Source of the DNA: Parachlamydiales bacterium
GTDB taxonomy: Bacteria; Chlamydiota; Chlamydiia; Chlamydiales; JAJFMK01
Direction: 5' to 3'
NCBI GenBank assembly: GCA_963765145.1
Contig: CAVXVG010000026.1
Coordinates: forward strand, 1-64,000
Length of the DNA stretch: 64,000 bases
A program made the position numbers and the translations under genes. How positions within the stretch are numbered: position 1 is the stretch's first letter; each line of letters begins with the position of its first letter. The notes under the pieces are model-generated. The model was given only the letters and a program-made list of their open reading frames with translations, had not been told where the DNA came from and ran no database searches. Below are positions 42,920 through 52,920 of the stretch, piece after piece.

Positions 42920-44794
42920 TTATTGTATAAAAGCTCCTGCGAGTTGTTTTTCTCGGAGAATCTCTTGTTGGTACAAAAACTCCATCTTTTCTACTTTACC
43001 TTTTAAGGCAAGTAAGGCTCTTTGGTTAAGCATGACGCCCGGATTAAGAATCAAGTTAGGATCCCACTCAAGCTTTGTCTTCATTTGACTGTGCAGAACA
43101 GTTGGGGAAAGTTGCAAAGGTAAGAAGTCTCTTTTTTTTGTTCCCACACCGTGTTCTCCGGTGATTGAGCCATCGAAAGAGAGAACTTTTAAAAACACAA
43201 TGAATCTTGCAAGTTCAAGCGTCCTTTTCCATTGGGCTAATTCTTCTGCAGTATGGATGGGGTCGTGGTAGAACTGAATATGAAGGTTTCCATCTCCTGC
43301 ATGTCCGGCAGCAGTGATGTGAATACCGAGATCCTTTTGGATATCATCAAGCCAAACCATTAGATCTGCAAGCTTACCAAGGGGAACAACAACATCGTCC
43401 GAAGATTTATGTGGAGCAATGGTTGTAACTGCAGTAAACAGATTTGCTCTTACATCCCAAACAAACGTAGATAGTTTATGCGCATCATCATCAGCGAAAA
43501 ATCTAGCGGAAGGGAACTTTTCCGTTATCACCTTCTGAATTTTAGCAGCACTCACTAAAGGATCGACATCATCGCCACCTTCAATAGAAATGATCAATTC
43601 GGCCGTATGTTCTGTGCCAAGGGAGGATAACTCTTCCGGTAGCGTGAGCTTACCTTTTAAAGCATCCACCGTCTCACGCACACAAACGGCTGACATGATC
43701 TCAACTTTTTTTGGACGGATGTTTTGTCTATTGAATTCAGTGATGGCGTCTGTTGCATCTTTCATCGATTTAAAAATGCATACAACATCTAAACTACGAG
43801 TTGTCTTCTCTTTGAGCTTTAAGCAAATAGAGGTTACTCCTCCAAGAGTGCCTTCAGAGCCCATCAACAAATTTGCACTTTTGTAACCAGCAACGTCTTT
43901 ATGTACGCCAGGTCCTTCCCCTTGAGGGCCCGTTTGAAAAAAGAGAGGTGTTCCATCGCCACGAACAGCGTTAAATCCAATCACCGAATGGCTTGTCGGA
44001 CCTGTTGCCATTCCACCTGGACCACTAGCTTCCATGATGAAATTGCCGCCAACATTGCAGTTGACCCCACTCGACGCGCCCATCATGCAGACAGGGTCAA
44101 AACCAAGTTCAGAATTGTATTCATTTCTTAAAGTCTCATTGAGATCTTTAGTCGGAACGCCTGGAGCTACCTTAACAGACCTATTTTCCATAGAGACAAT
44201 GAGAGGTTTCGTGACTAAAGTATTGTCGTCTTGTCTTAGTGTTACAGTCAATTTTTCTGAAGAGATAACCACCCCATCAAGAGGAATTGCGCAACCAGTT
44301 AAATTTGTGCCGCCCGCACGAAAAGTAGCAGGAATACGGAATTGGTTGAGCAATTTGATGATGACAGCGACTTCATGATGACCTTTTGGGAATAAAATGT
44401 GTCTAGCTGTCCCTGTATGAGGAAGTGGTGTCTTGTCTTTTGAAGCGAGTTTTAGGGCAGCAGCATCATCGCTTTTCTCAATGTTGTTATCTTCTAAAGC
44501 TTTCACAAATTCAGCATAATTTTCTGGCCTAAGCCCTGGATACAAACTGAGTTTTTCTTCAGAAGTTAGGGGAGTTAAATCTTGAGTAAAGAAATTATGT
44601 ACGTTTTCTTCTGGAAGCATTTGAAGTAGATCTTCAATTAAGCCACATAGAGCTTCTTGCTTTTGTGTAGGGAAATCGTTTAATGCAGTCCCATATTTTT
44701 CACGGATATTGCTTTGAAGAGGTGAAGATGGGTTCTTGATAGGGCTAATCAAAGCCCCAATGGATAGAACTGGTGAAGTGTTGACTACTGACAT
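42920..44794 (-). CDS. FAD-linked oxidase, GlcD/D-lactate dehydrogenase family, with an N-terminal extension
   Basis: RAGGTNLTG, GSEGTLG, GHAGDGNLH, GSITGEHGVG, DPNLILNPG. Confidence 0.85.
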   Translation of the reverse strand: MSVVNTSPVLSIGALISPIKNPSSPLQSNIREKYGTALNDFPTQKQEALCGLIEDLLQMLPEENVHNFFTQDLTPLTSEEKLSLYPGLRPENYAEFVKALEDNNIEKSDDAAALKLASKDKTPLPHTGTARHILFPKGHHEVAVIIKLLNQFRIPATFRAGGTNLTGCAIPLDGVVISSEKLTVTLRQDDNTLVTKPLIVSMENRSVKVAPGVPTKDLNETLRNEYNSELGFDPVCMMGASSGVNCNVGGNFIMEASGPGGMATGPTSHSVIGFNAVRGDGTPLFFQTGPQGEGPGVHKDVAGYKSANLLMGSEGTLGGVTSICLKLKEKTTRSLDVVCIFKSMKDATDAITEFNRQNIRPKKVEIMSAVCVRETVDALKGKLTLPEELSSLGTEHTAELIISIEGGDDVDPLVSAAKIQKVITEKFPSARFFADDDAHKLSTFVWDVRANLFTAVTTIAPHKSSDDVVVPLGKLADLMVWLDDIQKDLGIHITAAGHAGDGNLHIQFYHDPIHTAEELAQWKRTLELARFIVFLKVLSFDGSITGEHGVGTKKRDFLPLQLSPTVLHSQMKTKLEWDPNLILNPGVMLNQRALLALKGKVEKMEFLYQQEILREKQLAGAFIQ

Positions 44795-44874
44795 TTATCC
44801 CCGTTTGTAAACGGATGGATACTATAGGAATGTTGATTTTAAACAAAAGAACTCTTGGCAACTTCGAGTCAAGT

Positions 44875-46146
44875 TTAACGGAGTTTTTCGAAGAGCTGCT
44901 CAAGCATAATATAGGTGTGCGCGATTTGTTCTAAAAACGATTTGTCTTTTAATTGATCGATCGAAAGTGTGTCTGGATAATATTTTTCGATGAGGTTTCC
45001 GATTAATTGAGATCTCGTAGGATCCATCCAGAAGCAGTTGGGGATCATTTTTTGCTCTAAGCCGTTAAGTAGTAATCTTAGTCGAAGGCAAGCAGGACCG
45101 CCTCCGTTCTTCATACTTTCATTCAAAGAAATGTAACGAACTTGAGAAAAATAGGGGAGTTTCTCGATGTAGCTTTTAACTTCAGCATCTTCCGAACATT
45201 CTTGAGGAGCTAAAAGAGCCCTTCTACCAAATGGAAGTGATAATATTTGTGAATTGAAAAAGTAGGTTTTAATCGCTTTTTGCAAGGGAAGATCTTTTTC
45301 AGAAACAATATGAAGTGAGAGGTGTTGCTGGTAAAGGTCATAGTAAGTTGAAGCAATTAGGTCAAACGCATCCTTATTTTTGAATGTTTTTTCATGGGCT
45401 AAAAACAGATTCAAATGTCCTACGCTGATCACATCGTTATGGAATACCCCTTCATCGATCACTTCAGGGTTTTGTTCTAAGATAAGGACACGCTCTTTTG
45501 GTAATTGATGCAACCGTGCAATGGACTCTGATGCAAGCTTTGCTTGACGAGCGGCGAAACGATGGGTTTGGTCTCCGTAAACAAAAAGGTGTAGCCCTTG
45601 AGTGTCTGGAGTTGGGGAGAGTCTTGTGTGGTTGGCAGCCCCCTCATCAAATAACTGCCTAACTGAGGGGAGGGCAGCATGCAGAGCAAAATAATCGGGG
45701 TGTGCCATGAGCTGTTGAAACATTCTTGTCGTATCAAGCACCTCTAAATGTCTGTGCAAGTTGGAGCCCAAGTTGGCCGGAGTGATGTGGTGTTTTGAGT
45801 CGAGTGTGTCAAGCGATGGGGTAGAAGTGGCAACGTTAGCAGTCCACATAAAGGAGGAGGAAAAAGCAGCCAATAATAATTCAGGACACTTGTCATAAGC
45901 ACTTGCCACAGTTTCAAAGCCCACCCTTTTTAAAAAAGAAAGATCAGGACGCTTTTGAGGGGGGAAAAAAGCTTGTGGTACGCCTAGTTCCATGACCACA
46001 TTCATTTTTTCAAGTCCTTGAAGGGCAGCTTTTTTGGGCGAAGAGATAATCCCTTTATTTTCCATGGAGGCAATATTGCCTAAGGAAAGGCCTGCAAAGT
46101 GGTGAGTTGGCCCCACTAATGTATCAAGTTGCACTTCTGTGTACAT
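44875..46146 (-). CDS. astB: N-succinylarginine dihydrolase
   Basis: LVGPTHHFAGLSLGNIAS, DEGAANH, GVFHNDVI, ESMKNGGGPACLRLR. Confidence 0.93.
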   Translation of the reverse strand: MYTEVQLDTLVGPTHHFAGLSLGNIASMENKGIISSPKKAALQGLEKMNVVMELGVPQAFFPPQKRPDLSFLKRVGFETVASAYDKCPELLLAAFSSSFMWTANVATSTPSLDTLDSKHHITPANLGSNLHRHLEVLDTTRMFQQLMAHPDYFALHAALPSVRQLFDEGAANHTRLSPTPDTQGLHLFVYGDQTHRFAARQAKLASESIARLHQLPKERVLILEQNPEVIDEGVFHNDVISVGHLNLFLAHEKTFKNKDAFDLIASTYYDLYQQHLSLHIVSEKDLPLQKAIKTYFFNSQILSLPFGRRALLAPQECSEDAEVKSYIEKLPYFSQVRYISLNESMKNGGGPACLRLRLLLNGLEQKMIPNCFWMDPTRSQLIGNLIEKYYPDTLSIDQLKDKSFLEQIAHTYIMLEQLFEKLR

Positions 46147-46206
46147 ACTCTAGATACCTACCACAAAACCCATTTCTTCAAACCCTAACCGGCACATTTT
46201 CTTGAG

Positions 46207-46410
46207 AAAAAGCATTTTGTAAATTTAACAGGGTGAACAGGATGAACAGGATAAACTTCGCCTATCTTTATTCAGAAATGATAAAAGCAGAATAAAAGAG
46301 GGTTTGGTCTTGCAAGCAGACCTAACGATTTTTACACAAGCATTCGCTTCTAATGGGCAGAGCTTATCCTGTTCATCTTGTTCACCCTGTTATATTTTAA
46401 GATGCTTTTT
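46207..46410. repeat. MITE/REP-like inverted-repeat element
   Basis: TAACAGGGTGAACAGGATGAACAGGATAA (46226-46254) pairs with 46364-46392 (one mismatch); outer arms AAAAAGCAT/ATGCTTTTT. Confidence 0.75.
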
Positions 46411-46498
46411 CCATGAGGATGTTTTGTGGCACGACGAGAACTTGACGCTAAAGCTTGCGAAGGACTATTAATACGCCAACTTTGTTGATGGAAACAAA

Positions 46499-47713
46499 AT
46501 GATTGAACTTGAAACGCTTACGGAACTGGACAAGATTTTTGCAGGATACAATATCGCTCTTCCTCGCACTAAGCGGATGATCGATGATTGCGTTGAAGAA
46601 GCTACAATAAAAATAGCGCAAAGAGTTCTTAATACAGATCAAGGCGAACTAACTGTTTTCACGTTGAATAGAGGGGAATTGCCCTCGAAAGCACTTGTTG
46701 CGCTTTCGAAAAACAACTATTCCAAAGAAGCTCAACAATGTTTGGTTCATCATTTGGCTTTGCAGCAGTTTTTCTTCTCAAACAGCGAAGGAGATAGCCG
46801 ATTCAATACCATATTTACGTCACAAAAAGATGCTATTAGACTGTTTCTTGATAAAGAAGGGAAAATCGATTATGCCAAAGCTGTTTTTGCAAAAATGCTT
46901 CCAACTCAACAGTTAAATGAAACTGTCAAAGAGATGGAGAAAACTAATGCCACGATGTCGCATGTCTTAAGAAATTATAGATTAGGGCTTGGTCGAGCGC
47001 TAGGTGTAGGGACTAATTTCGTGGCTACAAGAAATGATTTTGTCCCTTTTGAGAATCGTGCTGACGTTATCATGGTATCTAGTTCTGGTCGGTCAGGAAG
47101 CACGATGCTAAAGGCTGCTTTAAGCGCAGCAAAATCTGGTCGCCCTATCTTAAAATCCCATCTTTTACCACCTGATTCAAGTTTCAAAGGTAAAATCCTT
47201 TATATTTTTTCGAACCCCGATTTGGCAGCAGAGTCGGCTTTGCACTTAACAAGTGAAAGTGCCCCTTTCGGTCTTTTCCATTTTATCCATAATGAATCTG
47301 CCGATCGGCAGTGGCTTTTTGATGTAAAAGATTCAACGCATCAAACCGACGAGAAAAATTTACTTGCGTATGATGCTTTAGGGTGTGAAGCGCAGCTTGA
47401 TAGCTGGCTTCATTCTAAAACAACCTCTTGCGAAAAGGAGCATGCTCAGATTTTAGCAATCAAATATGAAAACCTTTGGGAATCAAAACAAGCGATAGAA
47501 GAATTTTTAGGGTTTAAATTTACTCTTCCTCCAAAGAAGTCGCGAGGATATAGCCTCAAGCAAATTTCACCGAAAGAACAACATTTAAGAAACAAATTTA
47601 ATATAGGAACATTAGAAAATCCTCGTTATCAAGCTTACGATAAAGCTAGAGAGCTTTGGCAAACGGCCCCGAGCCTTCAATATTTCCAAATTAAAAACGA
47701 AGAGGGTGCATAA
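46499..47713 (+). CDS. Hypothetical protein with a C-terminal sulfotransferase-like domain
   Basis: SSGRSGSTML (PAPS-loop-like), LKSH, IKYENL...IEEFLG. Confidence 0.6.
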   Translation: MIELETLTELDKIFAGYNIALPRTKRMIDDCVEEATIKIAQRVLNTDQGELTVFTLNRGELPSKALVALSKNNYSKEAQQCLVHHLALQQFFFSNSEGDSRFNTIFTSQKDAIRLFLDKEGKIDYAKAVFAKMLPTQQLNETVKEMEKTNATMSHVLRNYRLGLGRALGVGTNFVATRNDFVPFENRADVIMVSSSGRSGSTMLKAALSAAKSGRPILKSHLLPPDSSFKGKILYIFSNPDLAAESALHLTSESAPFGLFHFIHNESADRQWLFDVKDSTHQTDEKNLLAYDALGCEAQLDSWLHSKTTSCEKEHAQILAIKYENLWESKQAIEEFLGFKFTLPPKKSRGYSLKQISPKEQHLRNKFNIGTLENPRYQAYDKARELWQTAPSLQYFQIKNEEGA

Positions 47714-47751
47714 GTTGACACAAGAGGGGCTGATCTGTTACTTCAAAATAT

Positions 47752-48352
47752 ATGCTTACTTTACTTCTCTCCTTTCTTCTTCTCCTAACTCCGGCTGATG
47801 TGCTTGTGCGTCTAAAAGAGGGAAATGCTCGATTTACTCAAGACAAACTTGAGCACCCCGACCGCACGAGTGATCGACGAGAGGAAACGGCTCCCCGTCA
47901 GAGCCCCTTTGCTGTTATTCTAGGGTGTTCTGACTTCTCGCATTCCCCCTGAAATTGTTTTTGACCAAGGCATTGGCGATCTTTTTGTGGTAAGAGAAGC
48001 GGGGAATGTAGTCAGTGAAATAGAACTGGAAAGCATCTTATTTTCTGTCGTAACGAACCAGTCATCTCTGGTTGTAGTGCTTGGGCATGAAAATTGCGGT
48101 GCTGTGCAGGCCGTGGTCCAAAAAAATACCCAATCGATCCCAGAAATTGCTCAATTGATCCAAAAGGCTCTTGCTCAACAAAAGGTTGACGGGGAGTTGA
48201 CGGTTGAAAAGGCAGTGAAAGCCAATATTCGCTACACCGTTGGCAAGCTGAAGCAAGATAAAACAATCGATTCCTACATCCAACAAAATAAAGTGAAAGT
48301 GATTGGTGGTTATTACCATCTAGAAAGTGGCAAAGTCGAATTCCTCGACTAA
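47752..48352 (+). pseudogene. Beta-carbonic anhydrase with a signal peptide; +1 frameshift at 47935-47936, possibly a sequencing error
   Basis: Removing one T gives [37 protein letters not shown] follows downstream. Confidence 0.88.
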
Positions 48353-48363
48353 CGTACTCTAAG

Positions 48364-48526
48364 GAGGCACTTGCAAAAATGGGCCAATCTGCTTTTCCGT
48401 TTTTTCGAAAAAAATGTGCTTGTTTTCGATTCGGCTAACCCGCAAGGGGTTAGGCCTCACCTCCAAACAAGCATTTTTTCCAAAAATCCTGAAAAATCAG
48501 ATTTGGCCGATTTCTGCAAGCACCTC
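48364..48526. repeat. ~163-bp imperfect palindromic element
   Basis: Nested arms GAGG..CTTGCA/TGCAAG..CCTC, GGCCAATCTG/CAGATTTGGCC and TGCTTGTTT/AAACAAGCA, with a central CTAACCC-GCAAG-GGGTTAG hairpin. Confidence 0.75.
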
Positions 48527-48562
48527 TAAATTCTAATAAAGCGCAGATTCGTTCTGTTAAAT

Positions 48563-50330
48563 TTAAGAGAGGTCTATTGTGAACGTGCTTCCTTGCCCAA
48601 GGGTACTTTGAAAAGATAGCTTATAGCCAAGGAGTTGAGCGTATGCAAGGCAAATAGAAAGGCCAAAGCCGCTCCCTTCATTGCGATTCGTACGGTTAAT
48701 CTGAAAAAAAGGCTGAAAAATTTGGTCAAAGTAAGCCGGGTCGATTCCAATGCCAGTATCAACCACATCAATTCGGACAGGTTGGCGGCTTTGCTTATCT
48801 TGGGTAAGCATAACTCTTACAGAGCCTTGAGGGGTGAATTTAACAGCATTAGCAATGAGGTTTGATAAAATACGATAAATTTTGTCTTCATCTGTTTGGA
48901 TGGATTCAGCCCCTTCAGCTCCTTCCATTATTAATACAAGTCCTTTTCGATTGGCAACTGCATCTAACTCATAAAATATTTGTTCAATCAACTGGCTTAC
49001 GTTTACAGCGGAAGCATTCACCACCTCTTTTCGAGCCAAAAATTTCTCTAATGACATGATGTCGGCGACCATTGTCAAAAGATGTTGTCCATTATCTTCA
49101 ATCCACTTCAAAAGCTGAATTTGTTTTTCAGTTAAGTTATTTTCTCCTGTTTCTTTTAAAATCTCAGTACAACCGATGATGGCTGTTAAAGGGGTGCGGA
49201 GATCATGGCTCAAGCTAGTCAGAAATTGATCTTTTGCTCTATTTGCATTTTCAGCCTCTGCATTCGTTTTAATTAGCTTTTCCTGCAGTTTAATTCTTTC
49301 TGAAATGTCATTTCCTTCCAATAAGAAACCTGTGAAGTTGCCATCAGGATCGATAAGTGATGTGATAGAAGTTTGAAAATGGCGTTGCTGGCCTGGTTTA
49401 AATGTCCAAACAACATCCCCTTCAATAGGTTGCTCTTTTGCGTAATGAAGAAGGCCAGCAAAAGTTGAAAATTGTTTGGAATACTTCTTAGAAAATTTCT
49501 TCAAGTTTATTTCATCGTCTTTAGGGTCAATGAATTTGGCAAATGGCTTTCCGATGAGATCAGAATCAGAATAATCAGTAATATCTGTTAAAGTTTTATT
49601 ACTTGATGTAATGATGCCATTTGAATCTATTGAAAGGATAACCTCTCTTGAATGATCCATTATCATTTTTCTTAATTTGTCTAAAAAAACAACTTGTTTT
49701 TGCTTTTTTTTCTTCTCTATCTGCATAGAAATAGATGGCGATTAGGGACGAAGACATCAGGATGAAAACTAACGCATTGCTTATATTAGAAGTAAGGTTA
49801 ATTTTTTCTATGTTGCTTTTTAGATCATTAGATTTTTTTGCGACCTCTTCTTTCTTTTCTTGAATGACTTTTTCGATTATCCCTCTAATTTTATCCATTG
49901 TCGCTTTTCCAAAACCTGTTGCCTCCATTTTTTGAGCAGCCTCAAAGCCTTGAGAGCGACGCAACTCTATTTTTTGTTCATTATCTGCTAATTTTTCTAA
50001 AATGAGATGATTTAGCTCTTTGTTTGTTGAGTTGTTTTCTTCGCTTTCTGCTAACAAAATTTTTGTGTTGGGCTCAGCAAGTAAAGCCAAAGCTTGGTGA
50101 TAGGGCTCTAAATATCTTTCTTCTCCAGTGATAATAAAGCCTCTTTCTCCTGTTTCTGTATCGACAAGAGAGTAGAGTAGGCTATTAAAAAAATCTGCCT
50201 CAGCATCAAGTTTGCGTTCTTGAAAAGTAAGTTCTGACACTCTGTGGTTATAATAATACGTTGCTGCGCCGGAGAGTAATAAAACTAAAAATCCTAATGC
50301 GATGACCGAAAGTAGAGAAAATTTATTCAT
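48563..50330 (-). pseudogene. CHASE3-PAS sensor histidine kinase, frameshifted at an A8 run (49704-49711)
   Basis: LVDTETGERGFIITGEERYLEPY (CHASE3), SHDLRTPL, NAVKFT, DTGIG, GSGFGL; an A7 run would fuse the two ORFs. Confidence 0.87.
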
Positions 50331-50620
50331 CCATTGTCCTAACAGAGGCTTTCTTTCACATATCAGTTTTATCTCTCAAAAAACAGAGGAAATATGTCTT
50401 TTCGAAAATTTTTTAACGCGAAGATTGTGAAGAAAAAGCGAAGACCATTCTTTTGTGAAGGGAGTGTGTATCTAGATGACTAATGCCAATCAAAATGCAG
50501 TCGGCTCTTCCTGCCGTGATAGAAGGAGCGTCGCATTCTCCAAATCGCTTTATTCCATCCAGTTATCTACTGTTTGATTGTGACCTGCAATCTCTTCCTT
50601 GCTCCAAACGCTATCGCTGG

Positions 50621-51934
50621 TTAAATAAGGTATTCTAAAATTGTTTCGGGAATGCGAGGGTAAGAAGAGATGAGAGACGCGATCGGTGCAGACAAAGCAT
50701 CTCCCATGTAATAGGCGCCGGCTCTTCCGTTGCCACTTCTTTTCAAACCGCCAAAGGGCTGAATGGCCAATGCGCCGGTTGTTGGTGTGTTCCAGTTGAT
50801 GATGCCTGTTTCGAGCTCTGTGAAAAAATGGTTCCATTCTTCGAGGCTGTCGCTGACTAAGGAGGAGGTCAATCCATATTGAGTTGCATTGGCCTTGCTT
50901 ATAGCTTCATCCAATGAAGAAACCTGATAAAGTTGTGCAATGGGGCCAAAAATTTCTTCGTCGTATCCTTTTGTGCCTGTCATATCTACAACGCCAGGGG
51001 TTAGGAAAAACCCGCCCTCTTTTTTTTGAGGCTCTAATAGCACCTTTCCACCCAATTTGATGAGCTCTTGGTATCCCTTTAGTGCCTTTTCTCGGTGATG
51101 TTCTTTTGCGAAAGGGCCCATAAATGGCTCTGGCTTTTGGTGAAAATGTCCCGAAGTTAACTTTGCAGCTGCTTTTAAAAACTTATCAACAAACGGTTTA
51201 TTGTTGATCACAATCAAACGTCGTGCACAAGAACACCTTTGACCAGTCGTGATAAAGCAAGAGACCAATGCAATTTGAACTGCTTTGTCCAAGTCTTCTA
51301 CATCGCTGATCACTAGCGGGTTATTTCCTCCCATTTCCAGTGCAATAATCTTTTCGGGAAAATCGGCTGCAACTTTTAAAATTTTCTTGCCTGTCGCCAC
51401 ACTTCCAGTGAAGAAAATTCCATGAATATTAGGATCTTGTACCAATTGTGCCCCGACTTCAGGCCCACCTTGAACAAGCAGGATCAAATCAGTAGGGATG
51501 CCTGCTTCTCGAAGTTTGTCGACTAGAAACTGACCCGAGCGGGGAGTTTCTTCGCTTGGTTTAAAGATCACTCCATTCCCAGCTAGAAGAGCAGGAATAA
51601 TCTGCCCATTGGGAAGATGAGCTGGAAAGTTGTAGGGGCCAATGACTGCAATGATTCCGATAGGTCGATGAGTTGTTTGAGCAAGTCCTATCGTGACCTC
51701 TTTTTTTCTTATAGGGCATCTTTCTAGATAGGCTGCGATCGATGCAGCTACTTTTCCGCTGACACCGTCAACCTCTCCTCGCGATTCCCAAAGAGGTTTT
51801 CCGGTCTCTTCTGATAGAATATGGGCAAAGGGTTCTCTTGATTCTTGGATCAACCGATGGAATTTGTCTAAAATATCAGCTTTCTTTTCGAAGGGGACAG
51901 CTGCCCACTGTTTCTGGCTAGTCAGTTGGCTCAT
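50621..51934 (-). CDS. astD: Succinylglutamate-semialdehyde dehydrogenase
   Basis: GPYNFPAHLPNGQIIPALLAGN, ALEMGGNNP, GQRCSCARR; overlaps astA. Confidence 0.9.
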   Translation of the reverse strand: MSQLTSQKQWAAVPFEKKADILDKFHRLIQESREPFAHILSEETGKPLWESRGEVDGVSGKVAASIAAYLERCPIRKKEVTIGLAQTTHRPIGIIAVIGPYNFPAHLPNGQIIPALLAGNGVIFKPSEETPRSGQFLVDKLREAGIPTDLILLVQGGPEVGAQLVQDPNIHGIFFTGSVATGKKILKVAADFPEKIIALEMGGNNPLVISDVEDLDKAVQIALVSCFITTGQRCSCARRLIVINNKPFVDKFLKAAAKLTSGHFHQKPEPFMGPFAKEHHREKALKGYQELIKLGGKVLLEPQKKEGGFFLTPGVVDMTGTKGYDEEIFGPIAQLYQVSSLDEAISKANATQYGLTSSLVSDSLEEWNHFFTELETGIINWNTPTTGALAIQPFGGLKRSGNGRAGAYYMGDALSAPIASLISSYPRIPETILEYLI

Positions 51935-52920
51935 TTTAACCTCAAATATCTAACGGTATCTTCTTCAGTTAGTTTTAAACACTCAAAGGCAACGCTCGGG
52001 ATGGCTAATACACTGTCGGCAAGTTCTTCTACAGTTGCTTGACAAGCTAAAAAAGTGCCGGATGTCCGTGCAATCAAGGATCGGAAACCATTTTCGGGTT
52101 CCTTGTTTACAACTCGTGCTACTTTTGCCTCTCGTATCGATTTGATCCCAAGCAGAGGTGCTTGCACGCGAGGCCCTCCATCTAACGGATGAATTTCATC
52201 CGTGATATGAAAACCCTCTTTGATCAAAAGTTGCAAAGCCCCTTCCGATTTTTCATGAGGAACTCCTACCACGTCTCGAACCTCTTTTGGCAGAAGAGAG
52301 AGATAAATGGGGTGGCTTGGAAAAAGAGGGAAGAGTTCTTTTGGTTTGGTTCGGTAAATCTCTTCGATCTCTGCAAAGCTCAAAGGGCAAAAGGTTTTTC
52401 CAATCCCTTCCCAAAAGATGGAATGCCCTTCGTGGCTGATGACCCCTCTGATGTCGGCAAAAAGAGAGGTTTCAAAACGGGATAAGTGATCGGCAATATA
52501 GAGAAGCCGCCCTTTGGATAGAAGGTGGCCAATCCCTTTAGATTGAGCCGATTCAGCCAAAACAAGACCGCAGAGTTCACTTGCTCCATCTCTGTCTGCA
52601 TGCAGCTCAAGCAAGGTGGAGTCGTGCGGATGGGGAATGGTCACATCGGGCAGAGGCTCTACGACAATCCGAAAGGTGGGGGCAGGAGAGCCAACTGCCG
52701 AGATAGCAGACGTGCCGACGACTTTCCTATTTTGAGTATCTTCTAAACTGAACAGGTAGCAGCCGGTAGGATTGCTAGAATCACTTGCAAAAGAGGCAAT
52801 CGAGTGTTCGATTTTTTTCAACATCTCCTCTTTTCTGGTTGGCAAGCTGGTCATGCCAACCTTAGATAGTTCTAGGAGTTGATCGATGTCCTCTAACTTT
52901 GCTTCCCGTAATAGGTACAT
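51931..52920 (-). CDS. astA: Arginine N-succinyltransferase
   Basis: GMTSLP, SELCGL, LLSKGRLLYIA, ADIRG, DGGP. Confidence 0.9.
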   Translation of the reverse strand: MYLLREAKLEDIDQLLELSKVGMTSLPTRKEEMLKKIEHSIASFASDSSNPTGCYLFSLEDTQNRKVVGTSAISAVGSPAPTFRIVVEPLPDVTIPHPHDSTLLELHADRDGASELCGLVLAESAQSKGIGHLLSKGRLLYIADHLSRFETSLFADIRGVISHEGHSIFWEGIGKTFCPLSFAEIEEIYRTKPKELFPLFPSHPIYLSLLPKEVRDVVGVPHEKSEGALQLLIKEGFHITDEIHPLDGGPRVQAPLLGIKSIREAKVARVVNKEPENGFRSLIARTSGTFLACQATVEELADSVLAIPSVAFECLKLTEEDTVRYLRLK

